From Candidatus Dojkabacteria bacterium (GTDB lineage: Bacteria > Patescibacteriota > Dojkabacteria > SC72), in NCBI GenBank assembly GCA_012842045.1, contig DUTP01000003.1, forward strand, positions 130,532 to 194,531: DNA of 64,000 bases, given 5' to 3'. The number at the start of each line of letters is the position of its first letter. The first letter of the stretch is position 1. This document shows, in pieces, positions 28,513-39,800 of the stretch. A program made the translations under genes and the position numbers. The notes beneath the pieces are model-generated. The model saw nothing but the letters and a program-made list of their open reading frames with translations, had not been told where the DNA came from and ran no database searches.

Positions 28513-28914
28513 CTATGCATTAACACTCTCAGAAAATGCCTCATCCTCTTCATCTGCCATAGCATCTTCCTTAGTAGCATGCACAATACCATCAATATGA
28601 TTAGCTGGAGTATAGATTGTATAGAGTTTTAAATCTTCATCACCAGTATTAATCACATTATGACTTACACCTGAAGGTACAACAATTGCAAAACCATCCT
28701 CAAACTCTGTCTCTTCACCATCCATAACTACCTTTCCTTTACCTTCTTCAACTCTAAAGAATTGATCTACCTTAGGATGAACTTCCTCACCAATATCCTC
28801 ACCTGGTTTTAATGACATAACTACTAACTGAAGATGATTTCCAGTATATACTACCTTTCTAAAGTTTGTATTCTCTTCTGTAATCTTCTCAATATCATCT
28901 ACATATCCTTTCAT
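28513..28914 (-). CDS. cupin domain protein
   Basis: QLVVMSL.PGEDIGEEVH..VDQFF.VEEG, HNVIN, LKLYTIY. Confidence 0.9.
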   Translation of the reverse strand: MKGYVDDIEKITEENTNFRKVVYTGNHLQLVVMSLKPGEDIGEEVHPKVDQFFRVEEGKGKVVMDGEETEFEDGFAIVVPSGVSHNVINTGDEDLKLYTIYTPANHIDGIVHATKEDAMADEEDEAFSESVNA

Positions 28915-28996
28915 ATATTTATATTAATAAATTTAAGTAAACTACTCTATCATTCTATCACTTAACATATCCTTTTGAAAATTGTAATATTAATTA

Positions 28997-30049
28997 ATGA
29001 AAAACTTAAAGATTGAGGAGAACACCTCATTAAAAAACTACAATACATTTAAAGTAGATGTAACAGCTAAATATCTAGCAATACCTCAAACAATTGAAGA
29101 GATCAAAGAGGTTTTAGAAAAGTTCAAAGATGAAAAACTAATTATCCTCGGAGGTGGAAGCAACACATTGTTCACAAAAGATTGGAATGGACTAGTACTC
29201 ATTCCTAAATTAAAGGGAATAAATGTAGTTAAAGAAGAAGAAAAACATGTATATGTTCAAGCTAGTGCAGGGGAGATCTGGGATGAATTTGTAAGATGGT
29301 GTGTTAAGAATGACTATGCTGGAATTGAAAACATGGTAATGATACCAGGTACTGTTGGAGGTGGTGTATCTCAAAATATCGGTGCATATGGACAAGAGAT
29401 AAGTAAGGTTATTGAAAAGATAAATATTCTAGATATCAAAACATTCGAAGAGAAGGTTATAAAACCAGAAGAGTGTGGATATGGATATAGAAAAAGCAAT
29501 TTTAAGAACATATGGCAAAACAAATACCTAATTACATCAACAATATTCAAACTAACAAAACATACAAAAGAATTTGAACTTAGCTACCATGAAAGAGCAG
29601 GAAGATATGGGTCTCTAAAAGAAGAATTAGACTCTTTTGCTAAAGAACCATACAGTATTCAAGAAGTTATGGAAGCTATCATTAGGCAGAGAGGAAAGAG
29701 ATTACCTAGTGTAGAAGAATATGGAACAGCTGGAAGTTTCTTTGCTAATCCAATTGTAACTGTAGAGAAATTTAATGAGCTATCTAAAATAATAGAGGAA
29801 CTTCAATCATACCCTGCAGAAGGATACAGTGAAGAGTATCTAAAGATTCCTGCTGGAAGATTACTAGATGAGCTAGGTTGGAAAGGAAAGAAGATTGGTA
29901 ATGTAGCAACATTTGAAAGACATGCACTCTGTGTAGTAACAAATATGAAAGCAACAGGAAAGGAGATACTAGACTACATCAAAGCAATGAAAAAGAGTGT
30001 AATGGATGAATATGGAGTAGAACTAATTAGTGAGGTAAACATTGTCTAA
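28997..30049 (+). CDS. murB: UDP-N-acetylenolpyruvoylglucosamine reductase
   Basis: NTFKV, LGGGSN, IPGTVGG...QNIGAYG, YRKS.FK, AGSFF.NP, HAL, EV. Confidence 0.93.
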   Translation: MKNLKIEENTSLKNYNTFKVDVTAKYLAIPQTIEEIKEVLEKFKDEKLIILGGGSNTLFTKDWNGLVLIPKLKGINVVKEEEKHVYVQASAGEIWDEFVRWCVKNDYAGIENMVMIPGTVGGGVSQNIGAYGQEISKVIEKINILDIKTFEEKVIKPEECGYGYRKSNFKNIWQNKYLITSTIFKLTKHTKEFELSYHERAGRYGSLKEELDSFAKEPYSIQEVMEAIIRQRGKRLPSVEEYGTAGSFFANPIVTVEKFNELSKIIEELQSYPAEGYSEEYLKIPAGRLLDELGWKGKKIGNVATFERHALCVVTNMKATGKEILDYIKAMKKSVMDEYGVELISEVNIV

Positions 30050-31662
30050 AGACCCCTCACATGTCTTAAGAGTAGTTTTCTAATGTCTCTCAGCTTCGAG
30101 ACAGATGCTTCTATAATAGATACTGTGTCTACAAATGTATTTCCATGATATTTACCTTCTTCTTGTAGCTTCTGTACATGGGAATTAAAAGCACTGTTTA
30201 CGATAGAGTAGATTTCCTCTTCCTTTTCCTTAATCTTCATCAACTCCTTCTCCTTTGGTGATAGAACTTGCTCCTTTATCAAATCAAAAAGTACCATCAA
30301 CTTATTAAACATCTCAGTAATCTTCTCTATCTGTACATCATCTTTTGAAATTCCCCTTTTATGTAACTTAGTAAAAACATTCTCCAAATCTAAAGCTAAA
30401 TCTCCCAATTGTTCAATTGTATTTGACACCTTCACAAGAGTTACGGTTTCTTTTGCTCTCTTCTTATCTAATTGGTGCTCAGAGAGAGAGAGCAAAGCCG
30501 CAGTAATTTCATCATCCAGATAGTCATTTAATGTCTCAAATTTATCAATATCTATAGATGTAACAGGAGAGGGATCATAGTACATGCTTAGTGCTTTCTT
30601 GTATATTTTCTGTGTATTCTCAAGAGAGTATGCTATTTCTTTTTTAATATCCAACAATCTTCCTTTCAAACCCTTTTTCTTCTTCATTTCAATATACTTA
30701 GTCTCAAAGAGTATCTCCTCTTCCTCTCCAGGTACTATCTTCTCTATGAATTTCTCAAAAGGTGTTAAGAATATTAAGAAGACTAAAGAGTTGATTAAAT
30801 TAAAAAGTAAATGTCCAAGTGCAACCTGCTGTGCCGAGTTAGAGGTAAGAGATTCAAGTAACGATATGAAAGATGGTACAAAGAGCATAAAAGCAAGAGT
30901 CCCTACAACCCTAAACACTACATTTGCATATCCTGCTCTCTTACCAAAAAGATTTAAATCTTTAGAAACCAAGAATGTTGAAATACCTGTACCTAGGTTA
31001 GCTCCAAGAACCATAGGTATTGCTATCTCCACAGGTATAATACCTTGTGCTACTAAAACAACTAGAAGACCTGATGTAATAGAGCTTGAGTGTACCAACA
31101 TTGTAAAGAGACAAGATACTGTGTATGAAACTAATGGGTTAGAAAGATAGCTAAAAAGATTAACAAATGCAGGATTTGTTTTTAAAGGTTCAATACTGGT
31201 TGTAATAATATTTAATGCAAACAATACAAAACCTAAGAAGAATACAGATTTACTAATCTCTTTAAACTTAGGACCTAAAAATCTCAATAGAAAACCAATG
31301 ATTAGAATAATTGCACCAATTGATGTAGAGGAAACCAGAGCCAACTGTGCAGTAATTGTTGTTCCAATACTACTACCAAATATTATTCCTAAACTACTTC
31401 TAAAAGATATTACTCCTAGATTAACCAAGGATATAGCTATGGCTGTAACAGCAGAGCTAGATTGAACAAATGCTGTAAAAACCGCACCTACAAGTGCTCC
31501 TGAGAACCTATTCTTTACAAATACAGATATTTTCTTTCTAAAACCTTCTGTAGCTACTTTTTGTAGCTGAGAACTTAGACTTTCAATAGCAAAAAGAAAT
31601 AGAATTACAGAAGATATCGCTATTAAAACAATATTTAAATATTCAGATTGGAGCAGATTCAT
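30046..31662 (-). CDS. Na+/phosphate cotransporter family protein
   Basis: VQSSSA, GSSIGTTITAQ, HSSS, LGANLGT, H.LFN; PhoU-like C-terminus. Confidence 0.88.
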   Translation of the reverse strand: MNLLQSEYLNIVLIAISSVILFLFAIESLSSQLQKVATEGFRKKISVFVKNRFSGALVGAVFTAFVQSSSAVTAIAISLVNLGVISFRSSLGIIFGSSIGTTITAQLALVSSTSIGAIILIIGFLLRFLGPKFKEISKSVFFLGFVLFALNIITTSIEPLKTNPAFVNLFSYLSNPLVSYTVSCLFTMLVHSSSITSGLLVVLVAQGIIPVEIAIPMVLGANLGTGISTFLVSKDLNLFGKRAGYANVVFRVVGTLAFMLFVPSFISLLESLTSNSAQQVALGHLLFNLINSLVFLIFLTPFEKFIEKIVPGEEEEILFETKYIEMKKKKGLKGRLLDIKKEIAYSLENTQKIYKKALSMYYDPSPVTSIDIDKFETLNDYLDDEITAALLSLSEHQLDKKRAKETVTLVKVSNTIEQLGDLALDLENVFTKLHKRGISKDDVQIEKITEMFNKLMVLFDLIKEQVLSPKEKELMKIKEKEEEIYSIVNSAFNSHVQKLQEEGKYHGNTFVDTVSIIEASVSKLRDIRKLLLRHVRGL

Positions 31663-31713
31663 ACTTTAATTTATCATATTGATAAATCTTTTCCAACAAG
31701 GTAGAGTATTAAT

Positions 31714-32334
31714 ATGAAAAGATGGTTGAAGAAGGGAAACAAAATTGTAACGTTGTTAACTCTTGCTGATGTATTTACATGGGGACCTTTCCTTATCATT
31801 ACTTCACTTTCTGGTGTCTATCTTTCAACTAGATTAGGTGTAGATGCTGTAAAGTTTGTAGGTATCGGTACTGCAATATATTTCACTACTAGAGCAATTT
31901 TCCAAATACCAATGGGCACACTAACAGACAAGATTAAGGGAGATAAGGATGAAATACTACTTTTAGCCGTAGGGATCATATTAATGGGTCTACCTTACAC
32001 TATGTACCCATTGATTTCACAACCGATTCATTACTATATCCTTCAATTTGTTTTTGGTTTAGGAGCTTGTTTTAATGTTACAAATTGGAGAAAGCTCTTT
32101 GCAATGAATGTAGATAGTGGTATAGAGGGATTTCAGTATGCATTCTACGAAACCCTCATTAGCTTTAGTACTGCAGTTATCAGTTTACTAGTAGGATCAT
32201 TGGCTAGCTTAGGACAGACACATTTTGATATTATTATGATGGCCTCTGGATGCATTATGATGGCAGGAAGCATTTGGGCTCTCTTTATATATTCTGTTAA
32301 GACAAGAAAAAGTAATATTAAAAAGAAGAAATAA
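31714..32334 (+). CDS. half-size (6-TM) MFS transporter
   Basis: Motif A-like QIPMGTLTDKIKG, about six hydrophobic helices, 206 aa. Confidence 0.7.
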   Translation: MKRWLKKGNKIVTLLTLADVFTWGPFLIITSLSGVYLSTRLGVDAVKFVGIGTAIYFTTRAIFQIPMGTLTDKIKGDKDEILLLAVGIILMGLPYTMYPLISQPIHYYILQFVFGLGACFNVTNWRKLFAMNVDSGIEGFQYAFYETLISFSTAVISLLVGSLASLGQTHFDIIMMASGCIMMAGSIWALFIYSVKTRKSNIKKKK

Positions 32335-32751
32335 ATGGATAACAAGAAAGGAGTTATAGGAATAGGAGTTTTACTTTTTTTACTAATTGTAGTTGGAGGT
32401 ATTCTCTACCAAGTATTTTTTGTTAAAGATAGGGTTGATGATGTTGATAATAGTAAAACAACAGAGAATTTAAGAATAGAAGATAGAAAGGATGGTTTTG
32501 ATTTTGTAGCAGAATATACCAAAGAAAATACTTGGGAATATACTGTAAAAGGACAATTACCATCTCCATGTCATAAGACATCTGTAGAAACATTAATTTT
32601 AGAATCATACCCTGAACAGGTGTCTGTTGTTTTGAAGATAACAACTCCGGAGCCAGATGTTGCCTGTATTCAAGTAATTGAGGAGTTTGAAGAGAAAGGT
32701 ACATTTACAGCAAGTGAGAAGGCAAAAGTCTCTTTTTCGGTTATGAAGTAG
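32335..32751 (+). CDS. hypothetical membrane-anchored protein
   Basis: N-terminal TM; LPSPC...ESYPEQV...CIQVI. Confidence 0.6.
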   Translation: MDNKKGVIGIGVLLFLLIVVGGILYQVFFVKDRVDDVDNSKTTENLRIEDRKDGFDFVAEYTKENTWEYTVKGQLPSPCHKTSVETLILESYPEQVSVVLKITTPEPDVACIQVIEEFEEKGTFTASEKAKVSFSVMK

Positions 32752-33135
32752 TTAAACTACTGTTTCCCAAAGACCATGTAGATTGCAATATTCTCTAACT
32801 CTTAATTCACCAATTTTTTCAAAAAGGAATTCTGCTTTAGGTTCTTGATTTGGTTTAAGAAAGACTTTTTTACTTTCATCTCCATTTATTACTTCAATCC
32901 ACTCAATGTAGTGTATTTCTTCCATAGGGTGGGGGACAGAACCAACTTCTACAATAACTTTGTTTCCTTCAACCTTTACAACAGGGAGATGCTTTTCATT
33001 ACCTTCTTCTTCTTTTTTCTCTTCAAAAAGAACCATATCTTGAGCACAACATACTAATGTTCCTGCTCCTTCATGTAGTACTTCTACAATATTTCCACAA
33101 ATGTTACATTTGTATACTTGATGTCTTTTTGTCAT
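32752..33135 (-). CDS. dfx: desulfoferrodoxin (class I superoxide reductase)
   Basis: YKCNICGN...LVCC, EKHLP, HPM, HYIEWI, YCNLHG. Confidence 0.93.
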   Translation of the reverse strand: MTKRHQVYKCNICGNIVEVLHEGAGTLVCCAQDMVLFEEKKEEEGNEKHLPVVKVEGNKVIVEVGSVPHPMEEIHYIEWIEVINGDESKKVFLKPNQEPKAEFLFEKIGELRVREYCNLHGLWETVV

Positions 33136-33207
33136 ATATATTAACTAACAATTTAATTAGCTAGTTTTAGTATACATGATTGTGTATGGAAAACGAAGAG
33201 AAGGATA

Positions 33208-33876
33208 TTACTTCTGAATAATAGGTTCTTGAGAGTCTCTGTAAGCGATAACTATTGTTCTCTTCCAGTCTGTACCTGCAGGATAGCAGGTCATTAAGGT
33301 TAGAGTATCCTCATCAGAGTACTTACTTAGATATTTAACATCATCTCTGTTAACAATCTTTACCTCTTGAACTCTGTATTTGTAGATAATACCGTTATAG
33401 CTTACAAATATTTCATCATCTTTCTTTAACTCATGAAGGAGATAGAAGTATACATCGTATTTGTTTCTTTCATAGAAATTGACTGCTGAGTGTGCAAAGA
33501 GAAATACATTACCTTTCTGGTCTGGTGTTACTGTACCTTTAGCATGTGCAATCCCTGTTTCTAATGCTTTAATATATTCAGCTTCTTTGTATGGACTTAC
33601 ATTAGCAACTACTGATGCATTTGATTTAATCTTTGGAATATACAAACCAAACTTTGAATCTAGGATTACTTCTTTTGTTTCTGGTTTAATCTCTTTAGTA
33701 ATATCTCCATCCTTAGAGAGAACTACATTGCTTGTTGATGGTTCTGAAAATCTATATTGCGATATCTTAGCCTTGATTACTGGCCAATATGTCAAAAGAA
33801 GGGCAGTGAGGCCTAGTAGGAGTAATATTACTCCTACTAGAACCTTTTTGTTAATTACTCTTTTGTTTTCTGACAT
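33208..33876 (-). CDS. sortase
   Basis: N-terminal TM, GN...FAHS, LTLMTCYP, R catalytic triad. Confidence 0.9.
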   Translation of the reverse strand: MSENKRVINKKVLVGVILLLLGLTALLLTYWPVIKAKISQYRFSEPSTSNVVLSKDGDITKEIKPETKEVILDSKFGLYIPKIKSNASVVANVSPYKEAEYIKALETGIAHAKGTVTPDQKGNVFLFAHSAVNFYERNKYDVYFYLLHELKKDDEIFVSYNGIIYKYRVQEVKIVNRDDVKYLSKYSDEDTLTLMTCYPAGTDWKRTIVIAYRDSQEPIIQK

Positions 33877-36800
33877 AGAATGCTACTCCTCCAATGACTA
33901 CAACTACTATTACCCAGAAGTACCATTTACTTAAAATATTCTTTCCTGTTTCCTTAATATCTACTTTCTCTTTACCTTCTTCAGTCTTCTTTACTTCTGT
34001 ATCTTCACCTTCTGTAATGTCATCTGTCTCACCTGCAACTTCTCCTTCTTTCTTTGTATCTGTTTGACCAGCTACTTCTCCTTCTGTTGGAGTTGTTGTG
34101 GCTGTTGTTCCTGTACCTGTTGTTGCTGGAACTTCTTCAGCTACAACTTCTGGGTCTGATACTATTGTAGATACGTTTCCAACTGCATCTACTGTTCTAA
34201 GAGCATAGTAGTATATTTTTCCTGTTTCTGCAGTTGTATCTGTCCATGAGTATTCGGTGTTTGGTGATACATTCTCGGTATGAACCCATGTGCTTTTATT
34301 TGCAGTATATTTAGGAGTTGTAGATCTGTGAATTTCAACCTTCACAACCTTTGCATCATTTCCTGTTTTGAACTTAATCACATTACCTGCCTTTGAGTAG
34401 TCAATTACAGGTGATGGTTTTACTAAGTCTACAACAACTATTGCATCTTCTGATTTTTGTTCACCAGAAGCAGATTTTGCAATGACATAGAAAGTATATG
34501 TTCCACTTGCATCTACTGTTGCTGGACAATTTCCTGCATTTGCATTAGGAATTGTTTTGAACAATGTACCATCTTTGTAACATTCTACTGTAACCTCTTT
34601 GTTGTTAAGGTCTAGTGCTACAAATCCAACATTAAAGCTAGTCTTGTTTGTTGGAGTTGCAGGTTGCATGATTCTTACCTTAATACTATCTGCTGCTAAT
34701 ACTCTGTTAGGAGTAAGTAGTGTAACAAATGATAGTGCCATTAAACCAGTAAGAAGAGCATAGCTTAACTTCTTGAATGGTTTAAGGAGTAGGGTGATTG
34801 CACCTAAGATCATCATAATTAATGCTCCTAATGTTAGATATGTACTTGCACCTGTTACTGGTAGAGTAATGGATGCACCTAATACTTCTCCTTCTTCTGT
34901 TTCAACTGGTTCTGTAATTGTTACATTTGTTCCTACAAATGGTGTTAGTGGGTCTACAACAGAAGCACCTAGTACTGCACCATCTATTAGTGATGTACCT
35001 GCTACCCATGCAATGTCTGGATAGTTACCTGGGTCTTGTTTGTCAAAAATCTTAGTCTGGTATGTTAATACAACTACATCTCCTTCTTTCATACCTCCAA
35101 TCATCCACTGTGCTGCATTCTCTCCATCGTATGTTGGTTCTGGAACTTCACCTGTAATATCAACACTGTTTTTCTCTACTGTCCATGAGCCAAGCATATA
35201 TTCAAATCCTGCTGGAGCAATGTCAGAAACTATTACATTGTTTAGAATGTATGTTCCTTCCCCTCCATCATCAGGTGCTGTTACTGTAATTGTGTATGTA
35301 ACAATATCACCTGCTGATAATGCAACAACTGCATCATTACTCTTTTCGATTTGTAGGATTGGATCAATTACTTTGTTGATACACTCAACCTCAAGAGTTT
35401 GATTACTTCCTAATGTAACCTCACCATCATCTGTACATCCTCCAAAGGTGTATCCTTCTTTTGGTGTTTCTGTGAATGTATGAACACCTGGCTGTAATCC
35501 TTCAAATATTGCTGGTTGCTTACCATTTGCTGTATCTGCAATCTGTTTTGTTTCTGCACCTAAGACAACATCAAACTGATCATCTGAGAATATATCCCCA
35601 TCTACATCCTCTCCTTCACTGTTCACTACATCCTTTGTAACTATTAATGTAGCTGGTAGTTGTGCATTCTTACATGTTACTCTGTATCTTCCACCACTTC
35701 TTACTCGGTAATTTTCGAATAAAACCTCTTCACCATTTGATTGCAATACAGTACAACCTAGATTCTCGTAATCTTCATCTGATAACTCCGATACTGTATA
35801 TCTTCCCATCTCATTTATCTTGTATTCTACTTTTGTTCCTTCTGCAATTTGTCCTTCTCCAATTTGATTACCATCGCTATCTGAAAGAATTGATGTAAAT
35901 TCTGTTGGATCTTTTACCTCTTCACCATTGATACCAACAACATCCTTAGTTACTTCGATTGTTGCTGTCTTCTGTTTATTTGTACATACAACATCATATT
36001 TACCACCACTTCTTACCGAGTAGTTAGTAAATGGAACTTCATTACCTTCTAACAATATTGTACAACCTAGATTCTCAAAGAATTGGCTATATGGTTCAGA
36101 TATTGTGTATAGACCCATTGTGTTGATTGTATATGTTGCTGGTGGTAATGCTTCTCCTATCTTCTGTTCTTCTGCAACTTGATTACCATCCTCATCTGTA
36201 AGAATAGATTTGAAATGTGTTGTGTCAACCACATCTTTACCATTAACATCAACTACATTCTTGGTAACATTAATGGTTGCTGGTTTCTGTGCATTCTTAC
36301 ATACTACATTGTATGTCTCACCACTTCTTACTGAGTAATTAGTAAATTCTTTCTTACCAATGAAGCATCCCAGAGTTGTATAATTCTCATCTTCTACTTC
36401 TGATATGGTATGCTTACCATTTACAACCTTGTATGTAGCTATTGTTCCCTCTGCAATTGTTTTACCAGTATCCTCATTGTTGTTAAGAAGTGCTGTAAAC
36501 TCATGTGTATCTACCACATTTGTTTTTCCATCAACTCCAACAACATCTTTAGTTACATTTATTGTTGCATCTTTGAAGTTACCAAAGTTTACAAATATCC
36601 TAACATCCCCAGCTGCAATTGTAATTGGAGCTGGATTAGCAGATGTTTGAGTCCAACCATCTTTCTGTACTTCACGAATTATATATGTTTCGCCTACTGG
36701 TAGGTTATTGAACTCGTAGTATCCTAATATGTTTGTTTTGGTAAATCTTTCTCCTATATCCAAAACACCATTATCATTTTTATCAATGAAGATTGTCCAT

Positions 36801-39800
36801 CCTCTTAATGGTAATTCTGAGAATAGTGGTAACACATCCCACTTTCCATTACCATTTCTATCCTCATATTTGAAACCTGAGATACTACCTAATTTTTCAT
36901 TAGTAAATGTACATGTTACTGTTTCATTATCTCCAACCTTGATGTTTGCTGTATATCCATCTTTAACACTATCAGTATCATCACATACTAGAGATTTTAG
37001 ATTCCAACCTTTTACAGACTGTTCTGTTACAGAGTAATCTCCTGGAATTACTATCTTTTGAATAGTTCCATTATTACCAATTGTTCCAGTTAAATCTCCT
37101 GTAAATGTAAATTTAGTCTTATCTCCTCTAGGTTCAACTAATTTCTTGATAATTATTTTACCGTGTGTACTTCTATTTGTGATTGTACATACTTTGTTAT
37201 CACCAACATTTAGTGTAACATCTCCATCTAAATCACAATCACCACTAAATGTTGCCACATACCCATCAAGATTATCTTCACTTACAGTGTAGTCACCTGC
37301 ATTAAACTTGTTAACTTCTCCATTAGTTACCTTATTACCTGAGACATATAGTGTGAAGTCTGATACTTGTTTATCTCCATATGTTCCGTTATCAACAACT
37401 TTCTTTACAGTTAGTGTTGGCTGAATATCATTATTAACAATAGTACAAGTTACATCTTCACCTTCTGGTAGTGTAAAGACACCATTACTACCAAGAGAAC
37501 ATTCTAAGCTCTCCATGTCATATCCTGTACCTGCAACTGTCTCAGATAGTGTGTATTCCTTATTAACATCACCAAATACTGTAGCAGTGTAGGTTGTTGT
37601 ATCACCTTCCTTAACACCTGCGTCAAATTCTAATGTTGAGTCGGTTAGGGTGATATTAAAGTCATCTACTGTTGCTGTACCACCATGATCATTAATTACT
37701 TTCTTGATTACAGTAATCTTAGACTGAGAGTCACTATTTGTAATTGTACAAGTCTTATTCTCACCAGAATTTAATGTAATCTTTCCATCAGCACTACAAT
37801 CTCCACCCCAAGTTGATGCTGTATATCCATCTAATTGATCTTCACTTACTGTATATTCAACTCCTGAGTTAACTTTGTGAGCTTTACCACTTGTTACTTC
37901 AGTATCTCCAATGTAGAGTTTAAAGTCTGCTACCTGTTTTAAGCCTCCATGATTGTTCTCAACTGTCTTCACAAGTGTAAGAGTTGGTTGTATCTCTGTA
38001 TTCTTAATTGTACATACAGTAGTCTGACCAACTTCAAGAGTTATCTGATTATTATCATTTACAATAATATCATTGGTACAATCCCAGTCACCTGCTTCAT
38101 ATCCTGAGATACCTTCCTTAGCAGTTTCACTTAATGTATATGTACCTGCTTTGAAGTTATCCTTACTCTTTACTCCACTATCACCAGAGATTGTTGTTGG
38201 ACCTGTTGCTGTTAATGTCCAATCTGTAATTTGTGCACTGCCACCATATTTATTATCAACCTCTTTAACTAATTCTAATGAAGGTGCAATGTCATCATTA
38301 GTTATTGCACAGGTTACTTTTTGACCTTCTGTTAAAGAGAACTGATAACCACCAATAATCTTCCCTGTCTTATCATCTGTACAACTCCATTTTCCTTCCT
38401 TGTAACCAGGATGATCAATCTCCTCCAACTCATATTTTGTATTAGATTTTACTTCTGGAGTAGCAAAATAAGTATATGTATATTTTCCTACCTCTCCTGG
38501 CCATGTTTTAAATTTTAATTCATCACCATTTAATTTAATTTCAAAATCATTTGCTGTTGCTGTTCCTCCATTATCATTAACTACCTTCTTAATTACTGTT
38601 AGGGTTGGTGCTACATCATCATTTGTAATTGTACAAACAGCTTCTTTACCTTTTTCAACTACTATCTTGTCACAATTATCATATGTAGTGGTATATCCTC
38701 TTGTATTTGCCTCTGGCTCAATAATAGAGTAGATACCTGTTGGATATTTCTCAAATCTATTTTCACCTAATAGTGGATTTGTAGGGTCTTGATCAAAGCC
38801 AACACCTTTACTGGTGCCAATCTTAAATGAGAACTCTCCTGCCTTTAATTTACCACCATTGTCATTAATAACTTCCTTTCTAACTATTAATGTACCTGTG
38901 TCTCTGGTATTAGTAAATCTACATAGTATTTTATCTCCTGAGTTTATTGTTAACTTTGTACCCTCTGTTTTTTCTTCAAAGAATTTTACCCCACCATTAT
39001 CACACATCATTGATTTAACAGTATAACCATCTTTCTGGACTTCTGAGATAGTATATGTACCAGGCATAATTTCCATAGGTTTTTCCTCTTTACCAAACAT
39101 CTTGTACTCCTTATCATCCAACTTCCATGTCCAGTCTGTTACATATCTCTCATCTACTTCTCCATCACCATCTATATCTACAAATTTAATGACTTCAATA
39201 GTTGGTTTTTCAATATTGATAAAGTCAACATTCTTTTTATCTTCACCTGCAGAAAGTTTAATTGTCCAAGCTGTACTAGTACCTGGTAAGACAATCCAAC
39301 CAACTTTCATTACTTCAACAATTCTATATTCACCTGGCTCTAATCCTGTAAATGAATATGAACCATCAAGAGCTGTCTCTGTAGATTTCTCACCTGGATC
39401 CAATACTCCATTTTTGTTTGTATCAATAAAGATTGTATATTTGTATACAGGTTTTCTATCTTTTGTTGTACTAGCCAAGCCATCTAAATCATGATACTTA
39501 TGACCTGAGATAGAGCCATACTTTGTATTTGTGAAAGTACAGGTTACTGATTTACCTGCTTCCAATACAATGTTATCTATTGTATTGTTACCTGTACAAG
39601 AGTAAGTTGTTTTCCAATCATCACTATAATCATCCTCTGCAACTGCATATTTACCAGCTTTCAAACTAAATGTTTTACTTGCATCTTCTGTATCTGAATT
39701 ATCTACTAAATTAAATTCTTCATTAACACTATGATCTCCTGTAAGAGTAAATCCGAATGACTCAGTACCGTATGGTAATGCTTTCTTAACAATGGTTAAT

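Larger units (their letters stand above)
27821..28515 (+). repeat. two tandem homologous expression cassettes with conserved flanks and unrelated cargo
   Basis: Units ~27821-28111 and ~28146-28515 share CATTGAGTTAAAACA...GGTATAAT..GTTCTTGGA..GTGCT.TTTAA.AAT heads and GAACAAA-hairpin-TTCTTTC.AACTACTA tails. Confidence 0.75.

Noticed and set aside
27821-28515. Repeated units as CRISPR array or integron attC cassettes
   Set aside because: Only two long degenerate units, no short identical repeats with regular spacers, no cas or integrase gene, no convincing RYYYAAC...GTTRRRY boundaries.
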